NCBI GenBank assembly: GCA_030141605.1
Contig: JAQGDQ010000253.1
Location: forward strand, 80,911-144,910
Source: Tubiluchus corallicola
Taxonomy: Eukaryota > Animalia > Priapulida
Direction of reading: 5' to 3'
Length of the DNA: 64,000 nucleotides
Below the pieces are notes generated by a model. The model saw only the letters and a program-made list of their open reading frames with translations, made no database searches and was not told the origin of the DNA. The position numbers and the translations under genes were made by a program. Positions 62,161-64,000 of the stretch are shown here, piece after piece; within the stretch, counting starts at the first letter, position 1; each line of letters opens with the position of its first letter.

Positions 62161-63338
62161 TTTGTGTAACTGGCAGTGTAAAGCATTTCATATGTGTAAC
62201 TGGCAGTGTAAAGCATTACATACATGTAACTGGCAGTGTAAAGCATTACATACGTGTAACTGGCAGTGTAAAGCATTACATACGTGTAACTGGCAGTGTA
62301 AAACATTACATACGTGTAACTGGCAGTGTAAAGCATTACATACGTGTAACTGGCAGTGTAAAGCATTACATACGTGTAACTGGTAGTGTAAAGCATTTCA
62401 TACGTGTAACTGGCAGTGTAAAGCATTACATACGTGTAACTGGCAGTGTAAAGCATTACATACATGTAACTGGCAGTGTAAAGCATTACATACGTGTAAC
62501 TGGCAGTGTAAAGCATTACATACATGTAACTGGCAGTGTAAAGCATTACATACGTGTAACTGGCAGTGTAAAGCATTACATACGTGTAACTGGCAGTGTA
62601 AAACATTACATACGTGTAACTGGCAGTGTAAAGCATTACATACGTGTAACTGGCAGTGTAAAGCATTACATACGTGTAACTGGTAGTGTAAAGCATTTCA
62701 TACGTGTAACTGGCAGTGTAAAGCATTACATACGTGTAACTGGCAGTGTAAAGCATTACATACGTGTAACTGGCAGTGTAAAGCATTACATACGTGTAAC
62801 TGGTAGTGTAAAGCATTTCATACGTGTAACTGGCAGTGTAAAGCATTACATACGTGTAACTGGCAGTGTAAAGCATTACATACGTGTAACTGGCAGTGTA
62901 AAGCATTACATACGTGTAACTGGTAGTGTAAAGCATTACATACGTGTAACTGGCAGTGTAAAGCATTACATACGTGTAACTGGCAGTGTGAAGCATTACA
63001 TACATGCAACTGGCAGTGTAAAGCATTACATACGTGTAACTGGTAGTGTGAAGCATTACATACATGCAACTGGCAGTGTAAAGCATTGCATACGTGCAAC
63101 TGGCAGTGTAAAGCATTGCATACGTGCAACTGGCAGTGTAAAGCATTGCATATGTGTAACTGGCAGTGTAAAGCATTACATACATGTAACTGGCAGTGTA
63201 AAGCATTACATACGTGTAACTGGCAGTGTAAAGCATTACGTACGAGTAACTGGCAGTGTAAAGCATTACATACATGTAACTGGCAGTGTAAAGCATTACA
63301 TACGTGTAACTGGCAGTGTAAAGCATTACGTACGAGTA
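62161..63338 (+). repeat. 30-bp minisatellite, ~39 units
   Basis: Unit TACGTGTAACTGGCAGTGTAAAGCATTACA; source of the 427-aa minus-strand ORF. Confidence 0.97.
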
Positions 63339-63368
63339 AGACAGTGCAGATCCTGTAATGGCTACACA

Positions 63369-64000
63369 ATGAGTGAGCAAATTAGTAACGCCTCACAACC
63401 CGCTGATGTCACACAACCCAGTTTAAATGACAATGGCAAGTACGTTCATACTGTTTACAGTCTGGTGGCATCCATGATTACTGCATTGTTATTACCCATG
63501 ATCATTTGCGGCAACTTTCTTGTTGTGGCTGCCATCATCAAGTTCAACCGTCTTCGGGTCCCGGCAAACTTTTTCATAGCTTCTTTAGCTGTGTCAGACA
63601 TGATTACTGGACTACTAATACCACTCACACTTGCGATCGAGGTAAAGAAACTCTGGATTAATCCAACACTGATTCTAATGATACCGTATTGCTGCATCGC
63701 AACAACATCTGGTGTGTCTATGATAACATTGGCACTAATTGCTTATGATCATTATTTAGCATTGATCAAGCACTTGGAATATTTCAACATAATTTCAATG
63801 GCTCGTGTCACCATTTTGATAACATTGACCTGGTGCTATGCAGTATTAGTGAGTTTTGTACCAATGTTTTTGCATTGGTACCCCAGTGTCTCGTGCACAT
63901 TTGAGAAACGAACCCTTTTACTGCTTTTGTTAACACTCTTTGTACCTTCGTTATCTGTGATAGTTTGTTGTTATTTTCAAATTTTTAAAGTGGCGCAGCA
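63369..64000 (+). CDS. Class A (rhodopsin-like) GPCR, adenosine/GPR119-like orphan, TM1-TM5, runs off the window
   Basis: Uninterrupted frame MSEQISNASQ...ICGNFLVVAAIIKFNRLRVPANFFIASLAVSD...ALIAYDHYLAL...TWCYAVLVSFVP...LFVPSLSVIVCCYFQIFKVAQ; N-glycan site NAS; GN, LAxxD, TM4 W and TM5 P..Y motifs. Confidence 0.93.
   Translation, partial: MSEQISNASQPADVTQPSLNDNGKYVHTVYSLVASMITALLLPMIICGNFLVVAAIIKFNRLRVPANFFIASLAVSDMITGLLIPLTLAIEVKKLWINPTLILMIPYCCIATTSGVSMITLALIAYDHYLALIKHLEYFNIISMARVTILITLTWCYAVLVSFVPMFLHWYPSVSCTFEKRTLLLLLLTLFVPSLSVIVCCYFQIFKVAQ

Noticed and set aside
62097-63380. 427-aa minus-strand ORF (YTYVMLYTAS repeats) and CNWQCKALHT / CNALHCQLHV ORFs
   Set aside because: Frames of a 30-bp minisatellite that happen to lack stops; variation is CpG decay, not codon-constrained.

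Overview
AT-rich, intron-containing animal (probably invertebrate) genomic DNA. Most ORF-track entries are repeat or intron artefacts, and the real genes only emerge after manual splicing. Genes supported: (1) three 3' exons of a + strand protein that ends right after a ZP-N domain (1614-3247); (2) a 3-exon minus-strand gene absent from the ORF track (9618-7611), encoding a 77-aa precursor of signal peptide + Arg/Gly-rich cationic peptide + acidic tail, the architecture of a linear antimicrobial peptide; (3) an orphan C-type lectin exon (14475-14821) just upstream of (4) a complete 13-exon ERMARD/C6orf70 orthologue (14851-47342, 702 aa) with a 19.6-kb last intron; (5) the start of an atypical class A GPCR (63369 to window end; DHY instead of DRY), preceded by a 30-bp minisatellite carrying 28 TACGTG motifs. 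The rest is non-autonomous DNA transposons (hAT, piggyBac, Kolobok, pogo/Tigger), RTE, CR1 and L2 LINE fragments, a tRNA-derived SINE, micro- and minisatellites (two built from splice signals, one from hairpins) and two (TA)n-centred fold-back palindromes. All calls were read by eye; family assignments come from remembered motifs, not database searches.
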